Shown: positions 34,635 through 44,934 of the stretch, piece by piece
How positions within the stretch are numbered: position 1 is the first letter of the stretch
Layout of the letters: the number at the start of each line of letters is the position of its first letter
Origin: Deltaproteobacteria bacterium
GTDB taxonomy: Bacteria > Myxococcota > UBA727 > VGSZ01
Direction of reading: 5' to 3'
Assembly (NCBI GenBank): GCA_016874845.1
Contig: VGSZ01000002.1
Coordinates: 7,038-71,037, forward strand
DNA: 64,000 nt
Notes under the pieces: model-generated
Databases searched by the model: none
The model's input: only the letters and a program-made list of their open reading frames with translations
Told to the model about the DNA's origin: nothing
Made by a program: the position numbers and the translations under genes

Positions 34635-35030
34635 TCAGCTGACGTCGACGGCGTGGGCCATCAGCGCGTCGAGCGTCACGAGCTGCAGCATCGCCTCGTG
34701 CGTGGCAGCGAGGATGACCTGCGGCGCGCAGCCGGCGTCGAGGGCCTGCTTCCAGCGCGCTCCGCACAGGCACCAGCGGTCGCCCGGCTTCAGGCCGGCG
34801 AAGCCGTACTGCGGCGCTGGCGTCGACAGATCGTTGCCCACCGCGCGCGAGTAGCGCAGGAACTCGTCGGTCATCACCGCGCACACGATGTGCAGGCCGC
34901 GATCCTGCGGGCCGGTGTGGCAGCAGCCGTCGCGGAAGAAGCCGGTGCGCGGGTCGTTGCTGCAGGTCGCAAGCGGCGCGCCGAAGACGTTGCGCTGCCG
35001 GGAAGAACCTTCGTCGTGGCCGTCGAACAT
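34635..35030 (-). CDS. DUF2237 family protein
   Basis: NVFGAPLATCSNDPRTGFFRDGCCHTGPQDRGLHIVCAVMTDEFLRYSRAVGNDLSTPAPQYGFAGLKPGDRWCLCGARW. Confidence 0.85.
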   Translation of the reverse strand: MFDGHDEGSSRQRNVFGAPLATCSNDPRTGFFRDGCCHTGPQDRGLHIVCAVMTDEFLRYSRAVGNDLSTPAPQYGFAGLKPGDRWCLCGARWKQALDAGCAPQVILAATHEAMLQLVTLDALMAHAVDVS

Positions 35031-35056
35031 CGGGAGCTCCGCGGGGCAGGGTCGGG

Positions 35057-36457
35057 TTACTCAGGGAAGATCTCGAGCATGCGCTGCACGGTCTCTTCGA
35101 AGCCGTTGGCCTCGTAGGTGCCCTGCTTCAGGAAGCTCTCGATCTCTTCGATCTTGTCGATGGCCTCGTCGACCTTGGGGTCGGTGCCGTACTGGTAGGC
35201 GCCGAGCAGGATCAGGTCACGGTTCTTCTCGTAGGTGGCCATGACCTGCCGCATCTTGCCGGCGGCGCGCTTGTGGTCTTCGCCGGCGATGCCGCTCATC
35301 ACGCGCGACAGCGACGGCAGCACGTCGATGGCCGGCCAGTGGTTTCGCGCGCCCAATTCGCGGTTCAGGATCACGTGGCCGTCGAGGATGCCGCGGACCT
35401 CGTCGGCGATGGGCTCCTCCATGTCGCCGCCCTGCACGAGGATCGTGTACATCGCGGTGATCGAGCCCTTGTCGTTGTTGCCGGTGCGCTCCATCAGCTT
35501 CGGGATCTGCGCGAACACGCTGGGCGGGTAGCCCTGCCGCGCCGGCGGCTCGCCGAGCGCCAGACCGATCTCGCGCTGCGCGCGGGCGAAGCGCGTCGAG
35601 CTGTCCATCATGAACAGCACGTCCTTGCCCTGGTCGCGAAACCACTCGGCCACCGCGGTGGCGACGAAGCAGCACTTCAGGCGCACGAGGCTCGGCGTGT
35701 CCGACGTCGCGCAGACGACGACGCTGCGCTTCAGGCCCTCTTCGCCGAGCGAGTCGTGGATGAACTCGAGCACCTCGCGACCGCGCTCGCCCACCATGCA
35801 GACGACGACGACCTCCGCCGACGTCTGCCGCGCGATCTGGCCCATCAACGTCGACTTGCCGACGCCCGAGCCGGCGAACAGACCCACGCGCTGCCCGCGG
35901 CCGACGGTCAGCAGGCCGTCCCAGGCGCGCACGCCGAAGCTGATCACGCGGTCGACGGGCTGGCGCGTGTACGGGTCGGGGCACTCGCGCTCGACGGACC
36001 AGTCCTGCAGGCCCTCGATGTCGTCGAGCGGGCCGAGGCCGTCGATGGGGTCGCCCACGCCCGACAGCGTGCGGCCGAGCAGCCCGTAGCCGCACTTGAT
36101 CTGGAAGGGCTTGCCCGTAGGGATCACCTCGGAGTCGGGGCCGAGACCGCGCGGCTCGCCGAGCGGCATCAGGAACACCGCGCCGTCCTTGAAGCCCACC
36201 ACCTCGGTGCGCAAAGGCGGCGTGTCGTCCTTGGGCGACGTCACGAAGCACATCTCGCCCATTTTGACGCCGGGGACGGCGGCCTTGATGATCAGGCCCG
36301 TCGCCTCGGTGACGCGACCGCGCACGCGGTACGGCTTGCTCTCGCGCACGTCTTCGATGGCGCGGGCCAGCTGGATGACCTTGCCCGGCGGCAAGTCGCC
36401 GCTCTTGCCGCCGACGAGGTTCTTTTCGAGGGCTTCGAAGATCGGGGTCGACACCAT
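35057..36457 (-). CDS. FliI/YscN (SctN)-family type III secretion-type ATPase, orphan
   Basis: Walker A FAGSGVGKSTL, VVCMVGERGREV, Walker B VLFMMDSSTRFA, QGYPPSVF, GSITAMYTILVQGGDMEEPIADEVRGILDGHVILNR, WPAIDVLPSLSRV. ATG at 36457; a TTG 17 codons upstream is an alternative start. Confidence 0.9.
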   Translation of the reverse strand: MVSTPIFEALEKNLVGGKSGDLPPGKVIQLARAIEDVRESKPYRVRGRVTEATGLIIKAAVPGVKMGEMCFVTSPKDDTPPLRTEVVGFKDGAVFLMPLGEPRGLGPDSEVIPTGKPFQIKCGYGLLGRTLSGVGDPIDGLGPLDDIEGLQDWSVERECPDPYTRQPVDRVISFGVRAWDGLLTVGRGQRVGLFAGSGVGKSTLMGQIARQTSAEVVVVCMVGERGREVLEFIHDSLGEEGLKRSVVVCATSDTPSLVRLKCCFVATAVAEWFRDQGKDVLFMMDSSTRFARAQREIGLALGEPPARQGYPPSVFAQIPKLMERTGNNDKGSITAMYTILVQGGDMEEPIADEVRGILDGHVILNRELGARNHWPAIDVLPSLSRVMSGIAGEDHKRAAGKMRQVMATYEKNRDLILLGAYQYGTDPKVDEAIDKIEEIESFLKQGTYEANGFEETVQRMLEIFPE

Positions 36458-36517
36458 GGGGCGGACAATAGCGTCGTCCACGGAGCCCGCGCACGCGGCC
36501 CCGATCAAGCCAGACGG

Positions 36518-36928
36518 TCACGAGCCGCGGACGAGCTTCTTTGCGCCCCGCGCCTGCAGGAACGCGATCGCCCGGTCGACCAGCTCGCCCTGCAGCACGA
36601 CATCGTCGCCCTCGACGCGGGCGCCGCAGCCCAGCGCCTTCTTCAGGGCCCCGCACAGCGCGTCGCGCGCCGCCGGCGCGATGCCCGACACCACCGTCAC
36701 CGTCTTGCCGCCGTGGCCCTTGCGCTCGTGGCGCACCACCACTTTGTCCAGGAACTCCTTCGAGGTGGTCGTCGTCGTCGCCGTCGTCGCCATCGCCGTC
36801 GCCGTCGCCGTCGCCGTCGCCTTCTGGGGCGTCGACGGCAGCGCCGCGCGCAGGCCCTGCAGGCCGGCGAACGGGTGGTGCCCGAGCGACGACGGCGGCT
36901 GGTCGGTGGGGACGGTCTTCTTGCCCAT
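36518..36928 (-). CDS. yciH: SUI1/eIF1-fold translation factor homologue (YciH-like)
   Basis: C-terminal VVVRHERKGHGGKTVTVVSGI..LCGALKKALGCGARVEGDDVVLQGELVDRAIAFLQARG. The N-terminus has a T/A-rich repeat (ATATATATAMATTATTTTT). Confidence 0.7.
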   Translation of the reverse strand: MGKKTVPTDQPPSSLGHHPFAGLQGLRAALPSTPQKATATATATAMATTATTTTTSKEFLDKVVVRHERKGHGGKTVTVVSGIAPAARDALCGALKKALGCGARVEGDDVVLQGELVDRAIAFLQARGAKKLVRGS

Positions 36929-36945
36929 GGCGCTGGCTCCTCGGT

Positions 36946-37833
36946 CTAGCGGCGGCGACGGTGGGCGCCGTCGTCGTCCTCATCGACGTCTCCTGCGGCG
37001 AGGTCGTCGTCAGCGTCCGCAGCGGGCGCCGCGGCGGTTCGCGGTACGGGGACGTCGAGCTCGACGCCGACGGGGCAGTGGTCGCTGCCGCGGATCTGGG
37101 GGCTGATCCACGCGTCGAGCAGGCGCTCCTCGAGCCCGCGGTTGATCACCGCGTAGTCGATGCGCCAGCCCTGGTTTTCGGCGCGCGCGTTCAGCCGCGT
37201 CTCCCAGAACGTGAACTGGCGGGGCAGGTCACCCTTCTCGGCCCGGAACGTGTCGACGAAGCCTTCGGCGAGCAGGCGGTCGAACCACGCGCGCTCCTCG
37301 GGCAGGAAGCCCGACACCCCCGCCCACTGCGCGGGCAGCGCGACGTCGAGGGCGCGGTGGGCGACGTTGAAGTCACCAATCACGACGACGTCACGGGTGC
37401 GCGCCAGCGCGACCAGCCGCGTCAGGAACGCGTCGTGCCAGCGGTGCTTGAAGCGCAGCCGCTCGTCGGAGCTGCCGCCATTGGGGAAGTATACGTTCAG
37501 CACGACGAGGGCGCCCAGGTCGACGCCGGTGACGCGGCCCTCGACGTCAAAGTCGGGGTCTGCGTCGCCGCCGACCGAGAACGCAAACGGCGCGGCGGCG
37601 AGGCCGTCTCTGACGAACAGCGCCGTGCCCGAGTAGCCCTTCTTCGTCGCGTGGAAGTCCCAGGTCGAGAACGAGTAGCCCGTCGGCGCGCGCAGCGCCT
37701 CGGTGACGTGGCCGGGCTGGATCTTGGTCTCCTGCAGACCGATGACGTCGAGGCTGCCGTCGAAGGCCCAGGCGAGGTCGCCGCGCTGCGACACCGCGCG
37801 CAGACCGTTGACGTTCCAGCTGACGATCTTCAT
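36946..37833 (-). CDS. xthA: Exodeoxyribonuclease III
   Basis: MKIVSWNVNGLRA..DVIGLQETK.., NVYFPNGG, IGDFNVAH, WRIDY, SDHCPV. An acidic C-terminal tail of about 40 aa follows. Confidence 0.9.
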   Translation of the reverse strand: MKIVSWNVNGLRAVSQRGDLAWAFDGSLDVIGLQETKIQPGHVTEALRAPTGYSFSTWDFHATKKGYSGTALFVRDGLAAAPFAFSVGGDADPDFDVEGRVTGVDLGALVVLNVYFPNGGSSDERLRFKHRWHDAFLTRLVALARTRDVVVIGDFNVAHRALDVALPAQWAGVSGFLPEERAWFDRLLAEGFVDTFRAEKGDLPRQFTFWETRLNARAENQGWRIDYAVINRGLEERLLDAWISPQIRGSDHCPVGVELDVPVPRTAAAPAADADDDLAAGDVDEDDDGAHRRRR

Positions 37834-37922
37834 CCGCGCCGCCTACCGCTGCCGCCGGGACCTGCGAAGGGGCTGGCGGGCCCGTCAGGCCCCATCGCCG
37901 GCGACGACGAGCGCGCCCGTCG

Positions 37923-38612
<690 letters not shown>

Positions 38613-38690
38613 GAGGGCAGTCTGCCACCGTCGGGCGGCATGGGCACGAAAGCGCGTCGTGGGGCTTGTCGCGCGCGCGGCGTCGCAGCA

Positions 38691-40718
38691 ATGCTGTCGC
38701 GCATGCGTAGCTCGTTGCGGACCCGGCTGACCCTGCAGGTCGTCGCCTTGATCGGCGTGTTGGCGGCGGCCATGTGGGGCGGCGCCAGCTACACGCTGGG
38801 CGTGATCTCTACCGGCCTCGCCGACGAGCGCGCCGAGGACGTCGTCAACCTGCTGGCGGCCTCGGTGGCGCCGGCCCTCGAAGTCGACGACGCGCGCGGG
38901 GTGAACGACAGCCTGGCGCTCCTGCAGGTGACGAACAACGCGGCGTGGGCGGCGGTCGTCGTCGACGGACGCACCGTGGCCGCCCAGACGGTGGCCGCCG
39001 GCTTCGTCGCCCCCGCCGACCCGACGACGCTGCCGGCGAGCGACTGGCTGGTGCGGCGCGCGAAGATCCCGCGGCGGTCGGGGGCGTCCCCGGGCGAGGT
39101 CGTCGTCGTTCTGTCGCGCTCCCACGAGAGCGCCGCGGTCAAGCAGGCGCTCCTCGGGCTCGCCACCGTCGCCGCGGTGATCGGCGCGCTGGGCGCGCTG
39201 CTGGCGCTGCTGGTCGCACGCCGCATCGTCGAGCCGGTCACGAGCCTCACCGAGGTGATGACGCGCATCGTGTCCACCAACGACCTGCGCAGCGAGCCCG
39301 AGGTCCTGGGCTACGACGAGGTCGCCGGGCTCGCGCGCTCGTTCCGCGAGATGATCCGCTCGCAGCGCCGGTCGCTGGCCAGCCTCGCCCGCGCCATCGA
39401 CGACCTCGGCGCCGTCGGCAGCCGCGTCGATGATGCCGGTCGCACCATCGGCGTCGTCGCTGTCGACATCGGCGAGCGCGTCCGGGACGCCAACAGCTCG
39501 GTGAACGGCGTGCGCGGCGAAGTGGCCAGCGCGGCCGCCCGCGTCCGCGACCTCTTGTCGCGCTCCGAGTCGGCGGCGACGACGCTGGTGGCCGCGGCCC
39601 ACGCCAGCGAGCAGGCGGCGGCGACGCTTAAGGGCCTCGGCGAGCGCACGGGCGAGGCGGTGATCTCGGTGCAGTCGCTGCAGCGCGCGGTGGCCCGCAC
39701 CAGCGAGCGCGTGTCGGCGGGCGAGCGGTCGCTCACCGAGGTGACGTCGGCGATGTCGCGCGTCAGCAGCGCGGCGCGCGAGGTCGAGGGCGCCGCCGCC
39801 GAGCTGCGCGCCGTGTCGGTGCGCGTGCGCGACGGCGCTGAGGCCGGCCGCGTGCTGATCGGCCGGTTCGCCCAGGGCGTCGGCGCGATGAGCGCGTCCG
39901 TCGACGCCGTCGAGGACACGGTGACGACGCTGGCCACGCGGGTGCGCGAGATCCAGGGCATCATCGGCGTGATCGGCGACGTCGCCGATCAGACGGCGCT
40001 GCTGGCGCTGAACGCGTCGATCCTGGCCGCGCAGGCGGGCGAGGAGGGGCGCGGCTTCTCGGTCGTGGCCTCGGCCATCAAGGACCTGTCGGCGCGCACG
40101 CGGCGGTCCACCGAGCAGATCGCAGCGCTGATCGCTGAGATCATCGAGCAGACCGAAGCAGCGGCGCATCAGTCCCTCGAGGGCCGCCGCGCTGTCGAGG
40201 ACGGCGGCCGGCAGGCTCTCGACGCCTCCACCGCCGTCGAGGCCATCCTGACCGAGAGCACCACGTCCTCGATCGCCCTCGAGGGCATCGCCGCGCTGTC
40301 GACGACGCAGGCCGAGGACATCCGCCGCGCCAGCGAGGCCCTCGAGCGCGCCGGCAGCGTGCTGCAGGACCTGCGCGGCGCCGCCGACAACCAGACCTAC
40401 GCCGCCCGCGGCCTCGACGCCACCGTGGTCCGCCTGCGCGACAGCGCCGCCTCCGTCGACGAGACCGTCGCCGCGCAGAGCGACAAGGCGCGCGCCGCCG
40501 GGCTCGCCATCGCCGAGATCCGCGCCGTCGTCGCCGCGGTGGCCGCCTCGCAGACCGCGCAGGAGGACGCGCTGGCCCAGCTGCTCGCCCGCGTCGAGGC
40601 CATCGCCGCCGCCAACGCGCGCCAGGACGCCCCCGTCGTTGCCCTCGAGCAGACCATCGTCGCCCTGAAGACCAGCGCCGACCTGCTCGCCGCCGAGTCG
40701 CGCCGGTTCACCGTATGA
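38691..40718 (+). CDS. Methyl-accepting chemotaxis protein (TM - small periplasmic domain - TM - HAMP - long MA domain)
   Basis: Signalling hairpin IIGVIGDVADQTALLALNASILAAQAGEEGRGFSVVASAIKDLSART. HAMP-like ..IVEPVTSLTEVMTRI..DEVAGLARSFREM. Two TM segments bracket a domain of about 150 aa. Confidence 0.85.
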   Translation: MLSRMRSSLRTRLTLQVVALIGVLAAAMWGGASYTLGVISTGLADERAEDVVNLLAASVAPALEVDDARGVNDSLALLQVTNNAAWAAVVVDGRTVAAQTVAAGFVAPADPTTLPASDWLVRRAKIPRRSGASPGEVVVVLSRSHESAAVKQALLGLATVAAVIGALGALLALLVARRIVEPVTSLTEVMTRIVSTNDLRSEPEVLGYDEVAGLARSFREMIRSQRRSLASLARAIDDLGAVGSRVDDAGRTIGVVAVDIGERVRDANSSVNGVRGEVASAAARVRDLLSRSESAATTLVAAAHASEQAAATLKGLGERTGEAVISVQSLQRAVARTSERVSAGERSLTEVTSAMSRVSSAAREVEGAAAELRAVSVRVRDGAEAGRVLIGRFAQGVGAMSASVDAVEDTVTTLATRVREIQGIIGVIGDVADQTALLALNASILAAQAGEEGRGFSVVASAIKDLSARTRRSTEQIAALIAEIIEQTEAAAHQSLEGRRAVEDGGRQALDASTAVEAILTESTTSSIALEGIAALSTTQAEDIRRASEALERAGSVLQDLRGAADNQTYAARGLDATVVRLRDSAASVDETVAAQSDKARAAGLAIAEIRAVVAAVAASQTAQEDALAQLLARVEAIAAANARQDAPVVALEQTIVALKTSADLLAAESRRFTV

Positions 40719-40737
40719 CCGCCTCGCCGACGCGGTC

Positions 40738-41340
40738 GTGCCGTTCCCTCGGCGCGGTGCCGTGGGCGGTGCCATCGGCGGTGATGCGGGCGGCGGCGTG
40801 GGCGCGCGCGCTCACCGTCGACGTGGCGACCGTGGGCGCCCGGCCGGTGTGGGCCGCGGCGCCGACGTCACCGCGGACGGCGGCGGTGGTGGTCGCTCCC
40901 TCGCCTACCACAGCGGCCTGCGCGAGCTGGCCGGCTCGCGCCTCGACCTGCTGGTGCTCACGTCGGCCGACCGGACGCCGTCGACGAACGCGAACCTCGC
41001 GCGGCTCGCCAACGTCGCCGTGCAGGGGCTGCCGCTCAACATCTCGGTCGCCGTGGCGTCCGGCGTCGGCGACCTGCGCGCGCTCGTCCGCTCGCGCCAC
41101 ATCGAGGCGTTCGACGTCGACGCGCTCGCCCCTGCGCTGTACGCGCCGCTGCGGGCGTCGGCGCGCGAGCCCAGGGTGGTCGTCTGCTCGTCGGAGCGAT
41201 CGGAGCTCGACACCGTCACGCAGGTGGCGGTCGTCGATGAGCAAGACCGCGCGCGGATCGTGGTGTCCCTGCCCGAGCTGCGCGCCGCGCAGGTCGAATT
41301 CGTCGCCGGCCTGCTGAAGCTCTGCGAGGTGGTGCGATGA
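40738..41340 (+). CDS. Hypothetical protein; C-terminal two-thirds resemble YfiR/DUF4154 (by eye)
   Basis: ..LDLLVLTSADR..VQGLPLNISVAVASGVGDLRAL..PRVVVCSSERSE..RIVVSLPELRAAQVEFVAGLLKLCEVV. The stop overlaps the TonB-receptor ATG (ATGA). No convincing signal peptide. Start uncertain (a GTG at 40849 is also possible). Confidence 0.35.
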   Translation: MPFPRRGAVGGAIGGDAGGGVGARAHRRRGDRGRPAGVGRGADVTADGGGGGRSLAYHSGLRELAGSRLDLLVLTSADRTPSTNANLARLANVAVQGLPLNISVAVASGVGDLRALVRSRHIEAFDVDALAPALYAPLRASAREPRVVVCSSERSELDTVTQVAVVDEQDRARIVVSLPELRAAQVEFVAGLLKLCEVVR

Positions 41341-43364
41341 CCCCGTTCCTGTCCCTCGCCGCCGCGCTGGCGCTGCAGCTGCCGGGCAGCGCCGAGACCG
41401 TGACCAACATCGAGGGCGTCGACCTCTCCGACCTGCTGGCGCAGCCGGTGACGGTGTCGGCGGCGGCGGCGACGAGGACGCTGCGCTCGTCGCCGGGCAT
41501 CGTGACGGTCTGGACGCGCGACGAGCTGCGGGCGCTGGGCGTGCGCGACCTGGGCGAGCTGTTGCCCTTCGTCGCCGGCTTCGACCTCGGCGTCGACACC
41601 AGCGGTCTGGTCGGCGCCTCGTTTCGCGGCGTGTGGGGCTTCGAGGGCAAGGTGCTCGTGCTCGTCGACGGCGTCGAGCTGAACGAGACGTCGCATGGCA
41701 CCGTGCCGCTGTTCGCGCGCATCCCCCTCGATGACGTCGAGCGCGTCGAGGTGCTGCGCGGCCCCGGCTCCTCGCGCTACGGCGGCTTCGCCGAGCTGGC
41801 CGTGATCAGCGTGACGACCCGGGCGCAGCAGGCGCGCGATCGCTTCGGGCTCGAGGCGACGATGGGGGCCACCACCACCGACGCGCCGCCACGCAACGGC
41901 AGCGCCGCGCTGTCGGCGGGCCTGACGCTGCCGGCGCTGCGCGCGCACCTCGGCGAGGTGGACGTCGCCGGGTTCGCGGCGATCACGACGCGCGGACAGA
42001 GCCGGCGCGACTACGTGCCCCCCGAGGGCGGCGGCGCGCTGTCGCAGGCCAACCGCTCCGACGCGCTGAACCTGTGGCTGCAGTCGACGCTGCGCGCGCC
42101 CCACCTCGAGGCGCGGGTGCTGCTGCAGAACTGGCAGCAGCAGAACCAGACCGGGTCCAACCAGACGGCGCTCGACGTGCCCGGCCCGACCCAGTTCCTC
42201 ACCGGCGTCGTCGACCTGCGGCTGCCCTTCGCGCTGTCGCCGACGTGGTCGGTGCTGCCGCGCCTGACGCTGTCGCGCTTCCTGCCCTGGCGCTCGCCGG
42301 TGCATGACCCGGACTACCGGCTCGTCGACGACCGCGGGCGCCTCGGCGTGACGACGCAGTGGCGCGCGCTGCCGAGCCTCGAGGTGTCCGGCGGCGTCGA
42401 GCTGACCGGCGACGTCGGGCGGCGGATCGATGGCGTCGACGTCGAGGCCGACGCGCTGACCCTCGACTTCCAGCCCGAGCGCGAAGGCGGCGCAGGCGAC
42501 GTCCTCTACGGCAACCTCGCGATCTTCGGCGAGGCCGTCGTCGCGACGCCGCTGTTCCTGCTGACGATGGGCGCGCGCGGCGAGCGCCACAGCCAGTACG
42601 GCGACTCGTTCGTGCCGCGGGTGGCGCTGACCCGCGTCTTCGACAACGCCCACGCCAAGCTGCTGGTCGCCGGCGCGTTCCGCGGCCCGGTCATCGCCAA
42701 CCTGCGGGTGAACCCCAACATCGCCCCCGAGCGCACGGCGTCGTTCAGCCTCGAGGGCGGCCTGCGCCTGAACCCGACGCTGTACCTGACGGTCAACGCC
42801 TTCGACCTGACGGTGAACCAGCCCATCGTCTACTTCGTCGACGACACCGGCGGCGACGAGGTCGGCTACGCCAATTTCGGCCGCACCGGCAGCCGCGGCG
42901 TCGAGGCGACGCTGCTCGACGCCGCGTCGTGGGGCCGGCTGCAGCTGTCGTGGTCGTACGCGACGGCGACGGGCAAGAACGACGTCTCCGTCTATGCCGT
43001 GCCCGGGGACGACAGCCGCATGCTGGGCCAGCCGTCGCACAAGGTCGTGGGCATCACGTCGCTGTTCCTGAGCGACACGCTGACCCTGACCGGCAACGCG
43101 GTGCTGCGCAGCGAGCGCGCCGCCGTCGTCGCCGTCGAGCCGTCGGGCCGCACGGTGGTGAAGGACCTGCCGACGTCGGTGCTGCTTGGCGCCACCCTGC
43201 GCCTCGCGCTGCCCGACAGCGGCGTCGAGGCGCTGCTCGGCGTGCGCAACCTGCTCGACGACGACTTCCGCCTGCCGCAGCCCTACGCGTCGGGGCACGG
43301 CCCGCTGCCCTTCGACGACCGCGAGGTCTTCGTGCGCCTGTCGGGCTCCCTCGACGCGCCGTAG
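41337..43364 (+). CDS. TonB-dependent outer-membrane receptor
   Basis: Signal peptide, then a plug (SPGIVTVWTRDELRALGVRDLGELLPFVAGF.., FRGVWGFEGKVLVLVDGVELNE, ERVEVLRGPGSSRYG). A long beta-barrel ends ..REVFVRLSGSL. Confidence 0.85.
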   Translation: MTPFLSLAAALALQLPGSAETVTNIEGVDLSDLLAQPVTVSAAAATRTLRSSPGIVTVWTRDELRALGVRDLGELLPFVAGFDLGVDTSGLVGASFRGVWGFEGKVLVLVDGVELNETSHGTVPLFARIPLDDVERVEVLRGPGSSRYGGFAELAVISVTTRAQQARDRFGLEATMGATTTDAPPRNGSAALSAGLTLPALRAHLGEVDVAGFAAITTRGQSRRDYVPPEGGGALSQANRSDALNLWLQSTLRAPHLEARVLLQNWQQQNQTGSNQTALDVPGPTQFLTGVVDLRLPFALSPTWSVLPRLTLSRFLPWRSPVHDPDYRLVDDRGRLGVTTQWRALPSLEVSGGVELTGDVGRRIDGVDVEADALTLDFQPEREGGAGDVLYGNLAIFGEAVVATPLFLLTMGARGERHSQYGDSFVPRVALTRVFDNAHAKLLVAGAFRGPVIANLRVNPNIAPERTASFSLEGGLRLNPTLYLTVNAFDLTVNQPIVYFVDDTGGDEVGYANFGRTGSRGVEATLLDAASWGRLQLSWSYATATGKNDVSVYAVPGDDSRMLGQPSHKVVGITSLFLSDTLTLTGNAVLRSERAAVVAVEPSGRTVVKDLPTSVLLGATLRLALPDSGVEALLGVRNLLDDDFRLPQPYASGHGPLPFDDREVFVRLSGSLDAP

Positions 43365-43443
43365 GGGCGCGGCGCGCGCGCCTTGCGTCGTCCGATCCCA
43401 TCATCGATACCCACCCGTCGCCATCGACCACGAGGATGCAGCC

Positions 43444-44934
43444 ATGAAGTCCATCCACCTCATCGGCGTCGCCGGCACCGGCATGGGCGCCTTCGCCGGC
43501 CTCTTGAAGGCCGCCGGCTACGACGTGCGCGGCTCCGACGAGGGCGTCTATCCGCCGATGAGCGACAAGCTGCGCGAGTGGGGAATCGCGGCGAAGAGCC
43601 CCTACGGCGCCACCAACCTCGAGCCCGCTCCCGACCTCGTCGTCGTCGGCAACGTCGTCAAGCGCGACAATCCCGAGGCGGCGGCCATGCGCGAGCGAGG
43701 CCTGCCCCACGCGAGCTTCCCCGCCACGCTGGGCGACCTGTTCCTGTCGAAGCGCCGCTCGGTGGTCGTCGCCGGCACCCACGGCAAGACGACGACGACG
43801 ACGCTGCTGGCGTGGACGCTGCTCTCGGCCGGGCGCGACCCGGGCTTTCTCGTCGGCGGCGTGCCCGCGCCGCTGGGCACGGACGGCAGGCCCCACGGCA
43901 TGACCGAGAGCTTCCGCCTTGGCGCGCCGGGCGAGGCCTCGCCGTTTGTCGTCGAGGGCGACGAGTACGACACCGCCTACTTCGACAAGGGGCCGAAGTT
44001 CCTGCACTACGCGCCGCGCTCGCTCTTGTGCACGAGCCTCGAGTACGACCACGCCGACATCTACGCCGACGTCGACGCCATCGTCGCCCGCTTCGCGCAG
44101 CTCTTGTCGCTGGTGCCGCCGGCCGAGCGCGGCGGCCATGTGGTGCTGTGGGCCAGCGAGCCGCACCTGCTGCGGGCGCGCGCGCAGGCGAACGTCGTGG
44201 CGCCGGTGACCATGTACGCCGCCGGCCGCGACGAGCCGGGCGGGGCGGAGGCCGACGTCGTCGCCGACCGCGTCGTCGAGGACGGCGCCGGGCTGTCGTT
44301 CTTTATCGTGGTGCGCGGCGTCGACCGCGGCGCGTTTGCGCTGCCGTTGTCGGGGCGGCACAACCTGCTGAACGCGCTGGGCGCCTACGCGATCCTCGCC
44401 GCCGCCACCGGCGGGCTCGGCCTGTCCGACGACGAGCTCCGCGCCGGCTTCGCCAGCTTCCCCGGCGTCAAGCGGCGCATGGAGGCGCGCGGCGAGGCGG
44501 CCGGCGTGCTCGTCGTCGACGACTTCGCCCACCACCCCACGGCGGTGCGCACGACGCTCGCGGGGGCGCGGCGTCGCTTCGCCGGCCGGCCGCTGTGGGC
44601 GATCTTCGAGCCGCGCTCGGCGACCTCGTGCCGCAAGGTCTTCCAAGACGACTACGCCCGCGCCTTCGACGCCGCCGACCGCGTGGTGCTCGCGCCGCCG
44701 GGCCGCGCCCTCGACCCGTCGGTGGCCCTCGATGTCCCGCGGCTCGCCGCCGATCTGCGCGCCGCCGGCAAGGACGCCGTGGCGGCGGGCTCGCTCGAAG
44801 AGGTCGTCGACCTCGTGCGCGCCCACGCCCCGCGCGGCGCCCCCGGCCACGGCGCGGTGTTGTTGTGCATGTCCAACGGCGCCTTCGGCGGCGTCCACGA
44901 TCGCCTGCTGGCTGCGCTGCGGACGACGCCGTGA
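43444..44934 (+). CDS. mpl: UDP-N-acetylmuramate:L-alanyl-gamma-D-glutamyl-meso-DAP ligase (murein peptide ligase)
   Basis: MKSIHLIGVAGTGMGAFAGLLKAAGYDVRGSD, AGTHGKTTTTTLLAW, VVEGDEYDTAYFDKGPKFLHY, GRHNLLNALG, DDFAHHPTAV. Confidence 0.9.
   Translation: MKSIHLIGVAGTGMGAFAGLLKAAGYDVRGSDEGVYPPMSDKLREWGIAAKSPYGATNLEPAPDLVVVGNVVKRDNPEAAAMRERGLPHASFPATLGDLFLSKRRSVVVAGTHGKTTTTTLLAWTLLSAGRDPGFLVGGVPAPLGTDGRPHGMTESFRLGAPGEASPFVVEGDEYDTAYFDKGPKFLHYAPRSLLCTSLEYDHADIYADVDAIVARFAQLLSLVPPAERGGHVVLWASEPHLLRARAQANVVAPVTMYAAGRDEPGGAEADVVADRVVEDGAGLSFFIVVRGVDRGAFALPLSGRHNLLNALGAYAILAAATGGLGLSDDELRAGFASFPGVKRRMEARGEAAGVLVVDDFAHHPTAVRTTLAGARRRFAGRPLWAIFEPRSATSCRKVFQDDYARAFDAADRVVLAPPGRALDPSVALDVPRLAADLRAAGKDAVAAGSLEEVVDLVRAHAPRGAPGHGAVLLCMSNGAFGGVHDRLLAALRTTP

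Noticed and set aside
36458-36508. The TTG-initiated 17-codon N-terminal extension of the FliI-like ATPase given by the ORF track.
   Set aside because: The extension (MIGAACAGSVDDAIVRP) has no counterpart in the FliI/SctN N-termini I know, and an ATG follows. The extension is retained only as an alternative, because it would shrink the gap to the yciH-like gene to 9 bp.
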